A DNA stretch of 61,310 bases, the filler included, from Candidatus Babelota bacterium (lineage in GTDB: Bacteria > JAGOBX01): the NCBI GenBank assembly GCA_017999075.1. It is 13 parts of 13 records of this genome, joined end to end, with 100 filler letters (N's around TTAATTAATTAA, not from the genome) between each part and the next. Parts side by side here need not be neighbours in the genome. Positions count along the whole stretch, not along the records: positions 18,617 to 22,225 come from JAGOBX010000425.1; positions 22,326 to 25,925 come from JAGOBX010000426.1; positions 26,026 to 29,617 come from JAGOBX010000427.1; positions 29,718 to 33,305 come from JAGOBX010000428.1; 9 more parts are not named here. One strand, 5' to 3'. The first letter of the stretch is position 1; every line of letters begins with the position of its first letter. Below, in pieces: positions 21,601 through 30,271 of the stretch. The translations under genes and the position numbers were made by a program. The notes below the pieces were generated by a model. The model saw only the letters and a program-made list of their open reading frames with translations. It was not told where the DNA came from and searched no databases.

Positions 21601-22225
21601 AATTCTGATTTGAGTTCAGGAACAGGGTATTTTAAATATTCCGGAATCACCGATAATTTCGGAGATGATACTATTTATTTCTATAATACTAAATCAGGAA
21701 CTATAAATGTTACTTCGGTTTTATCTCTTATTCAATCAGGTATTACTTCAAAAATTTATTCCAAACCTTCTGTTCCTTCAGTTATGAACAGTTATTTTTC
21801 CGGAGAAAATCAGGGTTTTGGGGACGGTTCAGATATAACTGATGTAGAATTTAATATTATTGATTCTTATGGCAATGCAGTTCCTGACAGAATTGTTCAA
21901 TTTAATGTTTCAGGAGAAACAGGAAATATATCAGTTGTTTATAGTAATAATATTTCCGATAAAAACGGTAAAATATATTTTGGATTGAAAAGTTCTGCTC
22001 CTTGTTCGGTAATTTTGTCAGTGAAGGATATTACTGCTGTTAACTTTGATTATTCGAATACTCAATCTGTTTTGTTTAAGGAAGGTCTTCCTGCAAAAAT
22101 ATATAATGTCGGAAATAAAAATCTAAATCCCGGCGATTCTAATGTCTTAATCCTTGATTTTGAAGTTTCTACTTCGTTTGACAATGATATACTTAATAAA
22201 ATTATCGTAACCGCTGATAATTCCG
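18619..22225 (+). CDS. large surface/adhesin-like protein with tandem ~90-aa Ig-like repeats followed by invasin (Big_1)-like domains; both ends truncated
   Basis: Ten full repeats plus a partial one, consensus P.VKI.YP....DT....I.VSGT......DTV.I(F/Y)VN...WSGT..L....D.I.VK.TD.FGR..YDTI.INY; later DSYGNAVP...SDKNGKIYF. The frame is open from 18619. Confidence 0.8.
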
Positions 22226-22325
22226 NNNNNNNNNNNNNNNNNNNNNNNNNNNNNNNNNNNNNNNNNNNNTTAATTAATTAANNNNNNNNNNNNNNNNNNN
22301 NNNNNNNNNNNNNNNNNNNNNNNNN

Positions 22326-22531
22326 ACAATGAATTGATTGTTGAACTTGCACTGTCAGCAGGAGCAGATATTTTATTGATGCCTGAAAAATTTGAACAAT
22401 ATTTTGAAATTATAAAAAACAAAATCTTTTCGGCAGAAAATTCGAAAATCAATAATACCGGGATAAAAGAAAATGTTTGCAAATCCATTAAAAAAATTTT
22501 ATCTTTGAAAAAAATAATTTTTTCAAAATGA
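22326..22531 (+). CDS. glycoside hydrolase family 3 (NagZ-like), C-terminal fragment
   Basis: ALSAGADILLMP ... SIKKILSLK matches the GH3 barrel C-terminal pattern A..AG.D..L...S..RIL.LK. Confidence 0.7.
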
Positions 22532-22561
22532 TATTTCTGATATTATTGAGGAGATTTTAAT

Positions 22562-23914
22562 ATGATAAAAAAATTTTTCTTTATAACAATATTTTTTGTT
22601 TTATTTTTTTTGATTTCTTGTTCGGGAAATAAATCAAGTGAAAAACCTATAGTGATAAAATTTTGGATTAATCCTTGGATTATAACTCCTCCTGATCATG
22701 ATACAACTAAACCTGTTACAAATTCGGATTTCCCGGAATGGATTTCAAAACAATTTATGTTAAAATATCCTGAAGTTAAAGTAGAATATGTTATAGTTTC
22801 AAACCGTGAACTTAAACAAAAAATCAGTTCTGCAATTGCGGCAGGGACGCCTCCTGATATTTTTAAGTATTATGATTTGAAATTTGTAAAGGCTGGAATT
22901 ATTGAACCTATCGATGATTATATCAATGAAACAGATAAAAATGATTTTATCAAGCAATCTCTTGAATTCGGAGAATATAATGGAAAACATTATCTCTGGC
23001 CGTGGCATTATGGAACTAATGGAATGGGTGCTTCAATGCTGCTGTACAAGGAAAGGTTTGTAGAAGCAGGCATTGATATAGATAAAATAATTAAAAACGG
23101 ATGGACAATGTCTGAATTTCTTGGAATTTTAAAAAAAATCTCTGAATTTTCAGATAAAACCGATACTGTAGAAAAAAAATATGCTATTGCGTTTTCTGCA
23201 AAAGATGAATTGAATATACTTGCATTTATATATAATTTTGGAGGAAGGTTATTTAATGATGCTGAAGATAAAATTATTCTGAATTCTCCAGAAACAATAA
23301 ATGCATTAAAATTTTTAAAGGATCTTGTTGTAAAATATAAAGTATGTGTACCTGGAGTTGAAGCTATGGATTTTTATGATATTGTGTCTTTATTTCACAA
23401 TCATAAAACTGCGATATGTTTTGGAGGTCCTTATGAAATAGGTAGAATAAAAAGAAATTTTGAAGAAGGAAAAATGAAAGAAACATTTACTCCTGTTATT
23501 GTCCCGTTTCCTAGAGTTGAAGGGATTAATCCTTCTGCGCATACTACAACAGGAGGGTTTATTGTCTTTAAACAAGAAAATAAAAAGAAAAAGAAATATG
23601 TCATGGAATTAGCAAAGTTTATCACCTCGCAGGAGAATATTAAATATCTTGAAACAATAAATTACATAACATCGCGTAAATCAGTAAACCGGGATTTATT
23701 TAATGAAAATCCTATTGTTTCACAAGTTCAAACTTATTCTGGAATATTGGAGAATTATGGCAAATCTTTGACAGGTTCCGAAAAAGTCAGGTATTCTGAA
23801 CTTAAAAAATATATAATAACTTTATTTGAAACGGTTTTTCACGGAAAAAAAAGCGTTGAAGAATCGTTGGATGAATTTGACAATAATATTAAAAATATTA
23901 ATTTTTCAGAATAA
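22562..23914 (+). CDS. sugar ABC transporter extracellular solute-binding lipoprotein (family 1)
   Basis: Lipobox LISC; KYPEVKVEY, AIAAGTPPDI, YNGKHYLWP, NSPETINALKFLKDL; GAGGAG RBS. Confidence 0.88.
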   Translation: MIKKFFFITIFFVLFFLISCSGNKSSEKPIVIKFWINPWIITPPDHDTTKPVTNSDFPEWISKQFMLKYPEVKVEYVIVSNRELKQKISSAIAAGTPPDIFKYYDLKFVKAGIIEPIDDYINETDKNDFIKQSLEFGEYNGKHYLWPWHYGTNGMGASMLLYKERFVEAGIDIDKIIKNGWTMSEFLGILKKISEFSDKTDTVEKKYAIAFSAKDELNILAFIYNFGGRLFNDAEDKIILNSPETINALKFLKDLVVKYKVCVPGVEAMDFYDIVSLFHNHKTAICFGGPYEIGRIKRNFEEGKMKETFTPVIVPFPRVEGINPSAHTTTGGFIVFKQENKKKKKYVMELAKFITSQENIKYLETINYITSRKSVNRDLFNENPIVSQVQTYSGILENYGKSLTGSEKVRYSELKKYIITLFETVFHGKKSVEESLDEFDNNIKNINFSE

Positions 23915-23916
23915 GA

Positions 23917-24654
23917 ATGGGAAAAGTTTTAAATAAAGAAACGTCTGTTTCAAATAAAGTGAATAGTCTTATTAAAGAAGATTATTTTTTAAAAAAATAT
24001 TTGATACCTTTAGAATTGGTTTTATTTATTATTTTATTCGGAATAAGTTTTTACGAACCTGCTTATTTTGCAATTTGTATTATTTTGATAGTTGTTTTAG
24101 CAGGGCAAATGTTAAAGTTAAAAACCAATCCGGCCGAAATAATAAAAATGAGTTTTGCTCAAAAAGGTGAAAATGAAGTTGCTAAAAGTCTTGAGGTGTA
24201 TCTCCCGCAAAAAGATTATATAATAAATGATATTTTAATAGAAAGCTGCGGAAATAAAGCGCAGATAGATCATTTGGTAATTAATGAAAATGGACTATTT
24301 GTAATAGAAACAAAAAATTATATAGGAGAAATATCAGGAGATGCTAAAGACGATAAAGTTAAACAAACTAAAATCAATGGAACGCATAAATTTGTAACTA
24401 ATCCAGTTTTACAGAATAGAAGACATTGTGATGTTTTAAAACAATTTTTAAAAAATAATAATATTTCTGTTGATGAAAAAAATATTATATCTGTTATAAT
24501 AATGGGCGAAATGAAAATTGTATGGAATATTACTAATAATGATGCATTTATCGGACTAATATGGCAAGCGGCAGATTATATAAAAAAATATGAATCTGAA
24601 AATAAATTAACCACTGAAACAATACAAAAAATTATAAAAGCGGTTTTGCCGTAA
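23917..24654 (+). CDS. membrane-anchored NERD (nuclease-related domain) protein
   Basis: Two N-terminal hydrophobic segments; GENEV, INDI, QIDHLVINENGLFVIETKNY.G, NPVLQN..H. Confidence 0.88.
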   Translation: MGKVLNKETSVSNKVNSLIKEDYFLKKYLIPLELVLFIILFGISFYEPAYFAICIILIVVLAGQMLKLKTNPAEIIKMSFAQKGENEVAKSLEVYLPQKDYIINDILIESCGNKAQIDHLVINENGLFVIETKNYIGEISGDAKDDKVKQTKINGTHKFVTNPVLQNRRHCDVLKQFLKNNNISVDEKNIISVIIMGEMKIVWNITNNDAFIGLIWQAADYIKKYESENKLTTETIQKIIKAVLP

Positions 24655-24676
24655 TATTGATTTAAATTTTTTGTTT

Positions 24677-25117
24677 TTAAAAAACGTTACAGCATTTTTC
24701 CTGCTGATGCAGCAACCAGATTTCATCATCAAAATATTCTTTATAATTTTCAGTAAGTTCTTCGCCTTCTTTTATATCTCGAGCTGCATAAGTATATGAT
24801 TTTTTTAAATCCCAGTTTATTTTAGTTAATTCAGGAGTGTTTGTTAACACATTCGGATGTTCGGAATGATTCATGAATTTCATAATATCCTTATGTAAAA
24901 TCCAAATATTATTTTCGCGATAAGAAAATTTTAATAGTTCATTCCGTTTTTTGATTGTAGATTTCTTTAGTAAATTTTGCCATTCTTGTTCAGAATACAT
25001 ATTAACTGTATCATCATCGTGTTCCCATATTTTTTTGCCTTTAGGAATAAATTCTCCTGCAAAAATTCCTTTTCCATCCAATTTAGAATAATCAAGATAA
25101 ACTTTTACTAAAAACAT
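24677..25117 (-). CDS. SET domain protein (putative lysine methyltransferase)
   Basis: S.LDGKGIFAGEFIPKG, FMNHSEHPN, AARDIKEGEELTENY. ATG at 25117 preferred over the ORF-track start at 25144. Confidence 0.9.
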   Translation of the reverse strand: MFLVKVYLDYSKLDGKGIFAGEFIPKGKKIWEHDDDTVNMYSEQEWQNLLKKSTIKKRNELLKFSYRENNIWILHKDIMKFMNHSEHPNVLTNTPELTKINWDLKKSYTYAARDIKEGEELTENYKEYFDDEIWLLHQQEKCCNVF

Positions 25118-25124
25118 GATGTTT

Positions 25125-25152
25125 AATATATAAAAAAAATACAAACTGTCAA
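25125..25152 (-). promoter_or_regulatory. putative sigma70 promoter giving a leaderless SET-gene transcript
   Basis: TTGACA (25152-25147), 16-nt spacer, TATATT (25130-25125), ending 7 nt before ATG 25117; no SD sequence. Confidence 0.5.
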
Positions 25153-25201
25153 TTAATAAATTGCAATAAGTGAATTAAATCACAAAAAATAATATATGAT
25201 A

Positions 25202-25229
25202 TTGATTTATTCATTTTTCAGGATATAAT
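25202..25229 (+). promoter_or_regulatory. putative sigma70 promoter for the YkgJ-family gene
   Basis: TTGATT (25202-25207), 16-nt spacer, TATAAT (25224-25229). Confidence 0.45.
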
Positions 25230-25299
25230 AATTATGTTGTGTTATAGGCAATGTTATTATTTGAAATTATTGAAAAAATTTATAATTTATATTGTGTAA

Positions 25300-25866
25300 A
25301 TGAATTATCAATTTAAATGTAAAATTTGCGGGAAGTGCTGCAAAGTATATAAAATTATTATAAATATAGTTGATGCTTTAAAATTGTTTGACATATTGAA
25401 TGTAAAGTTTAATGAAACTTTTATTTTGGTGAATAAAAATGAGATTGCAGGAGGAAAAGAATTTTTATACGATTGTTTTGATATTAATAATAATAAATAT
25501 TTTCTTGCAATAATAAGCGATCAGATAAACGGATGTGTTTTTCAAAAACAGAACAAATGTTCGATTCAGGATATTAAACCGTCAGTGTGTTACTTTTATC
25601 CTCTGAATTATAGTTATGAAAATGATTCGTTTACAGTTTTTAAACATGAAATTTGTTCCGGTATTTTTGACGGAGAATTCAGTGAATGGAAAAATATATC
25701 TGAAAAGTTTGAAGAATATGAAAAAAATTGCGAATGGCATAATGAAATCGTGGCATTCTGGAATAAATACTATGGACAAAAATCCGATTATAAGGATTTT
25801 ATAATATTTTTTTATGAATCTTTATACCCTATTTATTTGAAAAAAAAATTAAATAAGGTTATATAA
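25300..25866 (+). CDS. YkgJ family cysteine-cluster (CxxCxxCC) protein
   Basis: FKCKICGKCC, GCVF...KCSIQDIKPSVCYFYP and a later C.G. Confidence 0.88.
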   Translation: MNYQFKCKICGKCCKVYKIIINIVDALKLFDILNVKFNETFILVNKNEIAGGKEFLYDCFDINNNKYFLAIISDQINGCVFQKQNKCSIQDIKPSVCYFYPLNYSYENDSFTVFKHEICSGIFDGEFSEWKNISEKFEEYEKNCEWHNEIVAFWNKYYGQKSDYKDFIIFFYESLYPIYLKKKLNKVI

Positions 25867-25923
25867 AATTATTCCTGCTGCCACAGCTACGTTTAAAGAA
25901 TTTTTTTTCCCTAACATTTGAAT
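25849..25923 (-). CDS. SpoU/TrmH family RNA methyltransferase, C-terminal fragment
   Basis: Manual translation IQMLGKKNSLNVAVAAGIILYNLI stop, matching SPOUT motif 3. Confidence 0.85.
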   Translation of the reverse strand: MQMLGKKNSLNVAVAAGIILYNLI

Positions 25924-26273
25924 GGNNNNNNNNNNNNNNNNNNNNNNNNNNNNNNNNNNNNNNNNNNNNTTAATTAATTAANNNNNNNNNNNNNNNNNNN
26001 NNNNNNNNNNNNNNNNNNNNNNNNNTTATGATGCTTATACCTCCATTTTCTTTGCGAAATTTTTTTTAGTTCTCGATGTTATACTTACTGTTACATGTTT
26101 GTTAATTTAATTGAGCTTTTTCAAAAAAATTATTTATAATTGTATTTTATTAAGTATTCATATAAAATAATTATAAAAATATTATTCAAAAAATAATTGA
26201 GTTAAAATATATTTTTATTGATAAAAAAAAATAAATGATCATTTAATTGTATAAGTTTGGCAGGTTTGAATAA

Positions 26274-27134
26274 ATGTTATGTGTAAATATCGGAAATTCT
26301 AATATAGGTATTGCTTATTTAAATATAATTGAACAATACAGTCAAAATTCTACACAAAAATATTCTTTGAAAAATGGCAGCGAACAATCTTTTTCTTATA
26401 ATATTGATTACGAATTTAAAATAAAAACCAGTTTAGAAAAAAATGCCAGGGATTATTTTGAATTGATTAATAAAAATATAAAAGAATTGTCTAATAAAAA
26501 AAAAATTGAAAATTGCCCTGTAAGTATAAGCTCTGTTGTTCCTGCCATTGATGGAATTATATGCGAAGTGTTTGAAAAGTATTTTAAAATTAAACCTTAT
26601 TTTATACGCTATCACAATAATTTAAAATTAAAACAAAGGATTTTAATAAGAAATCCCGAGAAAATAGGGATTGACAGAATAGCAAATGCTGAATATTGCG
26701 TTGAACATTTCGGCGATAATAAAAATTTAATAATCATAGATTCAGGAACTGCAACAACAATTGACGTAATAAAATGCGGAGATTTTATAGGCGGTGTAAT
26801 AGCTCCGGGCATATCTGCTATGAATAAATCTTTAATTGAATGTTGCGCTAAATTATATGAAACAGATTTAACTGTTATTCCTGAAAAAATAGTGGGAAAC
26901 GAAACTTCTGAAAGCATCCAATCTGGAATTATTCACGGATTTGGATCAATGATAGAAGGGTTGCTGGAAAAAATTAAGACTGAACAGAAATTTGATGATT
27001 GCATAATAATTTGTTCAGGAGGCAATGCGGAAATCATTAAACAATTAGTGAATTCCGTTAATATTATATTAGATGAAAAAATTACTTACAAAGGAATAAG
27101 GATAATATATGAAAAAAATAAGCAATACCTATAA
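26274..27134 (+). CDS. coaX: type III pantothenate kinase
   Basis: NIGNS (phosphate-1), ISSVVP, IGIDRIANA, IIDSGTATTID, GGVIAPG, T.ESIQSGI, SGG. Confidence 0.9.
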   Translation: MLCVNIGNSNIGIAYLNIIEQYSQNSTQKYSLKNGSEQSFSYNIDYEFKIKTSLEKNARDYFELINKNIKELSNKKKIENCPVSISSVVPAIDGIICEVFEKYFKIKPYFIRYHNNLKLKQRILIRNPEKIGIDRIANAEYCVEHFGDNKNLIIIDSGTATTIDVIKCGDFIGGVIAPGISAMNKSLIECCAKLYETDLTVIPEKIVGNETSESIQSGIIHGFGSMIEGLLEKIKTEQKFDDCIIICSGGNAEIIKQLVNSVNIILDEKITYKGIRIIYEKNKQYL

Positions 27135-29496
27135 ATTGTTGTTGTTTTTAATACTGGTTTTTTTATTTTTTGAATTGTCATCTATAAATAGTTTTTCTGC
27201 TGACACTGGAATAGTAATCAGGACAAAACAGAGTTTTTTGTCGTTAATACATAAAAAATATAAGCAAAAAAAATATGATGAAATAATTGAAATTATGAAT
27301 GAATACAAAAATGAATATTTTTCCGGTTCTGAGCAGGAATACAGAATTTTATTTGAATCATATTTAAATACCTTTAAATATCAGGAATTAATTGATGAAT
27401 ACAATTCTATGTCTGAAGTTTTCTCTAAAAATAAAGAATTTGACGGTTTATTGCAAGAAGCTAAAGCAGGATTGAAACAGCAGACGTATTTGGCTCAGGT
27501 AGAAAAAATTAAAAATATTTTTTATAAAGCCGAATCATTTTATTCCGGAGGCAATCTGGAGGAAGCTGAAAAATTGTATAGGCACTCGCTTGAAGTATTG
27601 CCTTCTGCTAATATATATGAAATAGGAAGAAGCAGGGAAAGATTAAAACAGATTGAATCAGATATTTTAAAACGTAAAATTAATTTATTGAAAGAAGAAG
27701 CTGACAACTCAACAGATAATGAAAAATTGGGAAATATTCTTCAAATTTATTATAAAGAATACAGGTTGCGTTATAAAAATATTAATTCAACTGAAACAAA
27801 ATATTTTTTCGATAAATTGATTGAATATCTGAAAAACATAAATATTGATGAATTAAATAAAAATTATGATTTATATCAAAAATATTTGACCGGTGAAGAA
27901 CAGATTGGAATTAAGATTATTGTTGCCGAAAGATTTCTTGCTAAAGGGAAAACAAATGACAGCGGAAAATATATTGAAGATTTGAAAAAACAAATGAAAC
28001 CCAATGACAAAAAACTGAATCAGTTAATTAGTAAGCATAACAGTAGTTTAATTTGGAAAACAATAAAAATAATTTTTTCTTCATTAATAATTATAATAAC
28101 TCTTCTACTAATAATATTTAGGAAAAAAACTGTTTACTATATATTGCTTTTGAAAATGAAATATTTTGAAAGCTCTGAAGATACAGATAATCTGATAAAA
28201 ATTTATAGAAGTATATCAAATTATAAAAAAAATGATAATATTATAGGAAAATTATTGAGATTGTCTTTAAATAAAAAAACTTCAGAACATGAAATAATAA
28301 GCATATATGAAAAATTAAACGATTTAAATGAATTGAATATTGAACAGATAATTCAGATTTTAAAAATTTTGATAAAAAACAACAAAGTTTCAGAATCAAA
28401 AGAACTTGTTAAGTTTGCTAAAAAAAATTACCAGAATGAGAATAACCTTTTTGATATATTGACTTGCGAATTTGAAATTTTTACAATACTTAACGATAGC
28501 GAACATAAAATTAAAATTCTTGAAGAACTATTAAAAATAAAATTTGAATCTGATTATGTTAAACAGGCAATACTTATTTACTGTAGTAAAAAAGAATTTA
28601 AAAATGCGTATAAATTTTTAAGAATATGGCTGAAGCATCAGCCTAATATGATAAAAAAAATTATTGAATTTGTGGAAAAAATTTTAGAAAAATATGATAA
28701 TAATGTAAAACTTTTTGATTTTCTTGGAATATTATACAGAAAAATAGGAGAAACTGATAAGGCCATTGATATTTATGAAAAATTGTTAGAAAAACATAAG
28801 TCGAAACTTCCGGTATATTCTGTTTTATTTGACTTATACCAGAAAAAAAATGATATGGAAAAATCTATTATTGCAGGAGAAGAAGTTGTAAAGATGCGCA
28901 TTGACAATTTTGAAGACAAAATAGTGCTTTCTCAATTGTATTATAAAACCGGAAAAATTGAAAATGCCGTTGAATTGCTTGCAGAATTAATTTTACACGA
29001 TGCCAATAATCTTAGAGTTAATAATTTGTTGACAAATATAGCCAATTATTACAGTTCACATGATATGATTGAAAAATCTATAAAAATATTTGAATTGCTT
29101 ATTTCAAATACGAACATAGAAATAACTCCTGCCAGAATAGAACTTGGAAAATTGTATATAAAAATTAATCAGCCGGATAATGCAATATCTTCATTACAAA
29201 AAATCCAGACCGGAGAAAAAGGTAACATTTACATAAGCCAGCTTCTGATGGCTCAGGCATTAACAATGAAAACTGATTATCAGCTTGCTATTGAAATACT
29301 GAATAAAATAGATGAAAATGATATCTCTATAAATTCTGAAACTAAAAAATTTGTATGTTATAGTAAAGCTTATTGTTATGAAATTTTGAAAGAATACGAA
29401 TTGGCAAAAAAATATTATCAGATTGTAATATTGCAAGATATAAGTTATAAAGATGCAAATATCAGGTATACTGATTTACTGAATAATAATATATGA
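27109..29496 (+). CDS. tetratricopeptide-repeat membrane protein
   Basis: N-terminal hydrophobic/signal segment, central TM (IIFSSLIIIITLLLIIFRKK), and TPR-like helices such as LGILYRKIGETDKAIDIYEK and LGKLYIKINQPDNAISSLQK. Confidence 0.78.
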   Translation: MKKISNTYKLLLFLILVFLFFELSSINSFSADTGIVIRTKQSFLSLIHKKYKQKKYDEIIEIMNEYKNEYFSGSEQEYRILFESYLNTFKYQELIDEYNSMSEVFSKNKEFDGLLQEAKAGLKQQTYLAQVEKIKNIFYKAESFYSGGNLEEAEKLYRHSLEVLPSANIYEIGRSRERLKQIESDILKRKINLLKEEADNSTDNEKLGNILQIYYKEYRLRYKNINSTETKYFFDKLIEYLKNINIDELNKNYDLYQKYLTGEEQIGIKIIVAERFLAKGKTNDSGKYIEDLKKQMKPNDKKLNQLISKHNSSLIWKTIKIIFSSLIIIITLLLIIFRKKTVYYILLLKMKYFESSEDTDNLIKIYRSISNYKKNDNIIGKLLRLSLNKKTSEHEIISIYEKLNDLNELNIEQIIQILKILIKNNKVSESKELVKFAKKNYQNENNLFDILTCEFEIFTILNDSEHKIKILEELLKIKFESDYVKQAILIYCSKKEFKNAYKFLRIWLKHQPNMIKKIIEFVEKILEKYDNNVKLFDFLGILYRKIGETDKAIDIYEKLLEKHKSKLPVYSVLFDLYQKKNDMEKSIIAGEEVVKMRIDNFEDKIVLSQLYYKTGKIENAVELLAELILHDANNLRVNNLLTNIANYYSSHDMIEKSIKIFELLISNTNIEITPARIELGKLYIKINQPDNAISSLQKIQTGEKGNIYISQLLMAQALTMKTDYQLAIEILNKIDENDISINSETKKFVCYSKAYCYEILKEYELAKKYYQIVILQDISYKDANIRYTDLLNNNI

Positions 29497-29717
29497 TTTT
29501 ATTTGAATTTGATGATTTTTCTTTTTCAAAGTTGCAAATATTCTGTCGCAGTCTGATATAATTTTACTGTTTTTAATTCGATTTTTTTAATATAAAAAAA
29601 AAATAAAATATTTATTGNNNNNNNNNNNNNNNNNNNNNNNNNNNNNNNNNNNNNNNNNNNNTTAATTAATTAANNNNNNNNNNNNNNNNNNNNNNNNNNN
29701 NNNNNNNNNNNNNNNNN

Positions 29718-30247
29718 GATATTTTCTGATTCAATAGCTGAACAAAATTTGTTTCCATATTCTGTAAAAGTCAGAATGATTTTTCCGATTCAGGACAACA
29801 ATAATATGAATGAACAAAATAAAAATAATCATCAGGTTTTATTTTATTCATTAGAACGCTTTTTTTGTTTATAGAAATAGTATTCCAGCCCATATGAGGA
29901 ACAATAAGTTTTGGGTCATCAAAACGTTTTACTTTTCCTTTAAGAATTTTTAAACCTTTTACTTCCGGACTTTCGGAACTTTCTTCAAACAATAACTGCA
30001 TTCCTATGCAGATTCCCAGAAAATACTTTCCTTTTTTTATATATTCGCGTAGGGCTTCTGTTAAATTTAATTTGTTTAAATTATCCATTGCCGAACCGAA
30101 AGCGCTGACTCCAGGTAAAACAAGTTTTTCGCTTTTCAATACTTGTTCTGGGGTATTGATTGATTCTGTATCTGCGCCTATATATTGAAAAGCTTTTATT
30201 ACGCTACCGATATTGCCAATGTTATAATCAACTATTGAAATTTTCAT
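29718..30247 (-). pseudogene. hisH: imidazole glycerol phosphate synthase glutaminase subunit with a 1-nt frameshift near 29780-29784 (also 3' truncated)
   Basis: IVDYNIGN, VLPGV, LGICIGMQLL, VPHMGWN, YFVHSYY, then a premature TGA at 29771. Adding one A to the A5 run restores IILTFTEYGNKFCSAIESENI, the normal HisH continuation. May be a sequencing error. Confidence 0.85.
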
Positions 30248-30271
30248 TACCTGTTTCCGTAAAACTAATTT

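Noticed and set aside
14906..22225. Giant phage-like protein and Ig-repeat protein as one locus
   Set aside because: They are on different contigs joined by an artificial spacer.
24677..24700. C-terminal CNVF of the SET protein as a eukaryotic CaaX prenylation signal (effector hypothesis)
   Set aside because: A four-residue match is easily chance, and no host-interaction secretion system is visible in the window.
26026..26100. Gene start on the minus strand after a GGAGGT Shine-Dalgarno-like sequence
   Set aside because: The contig ends before any identifiable coding sequence, so no product can be supported.
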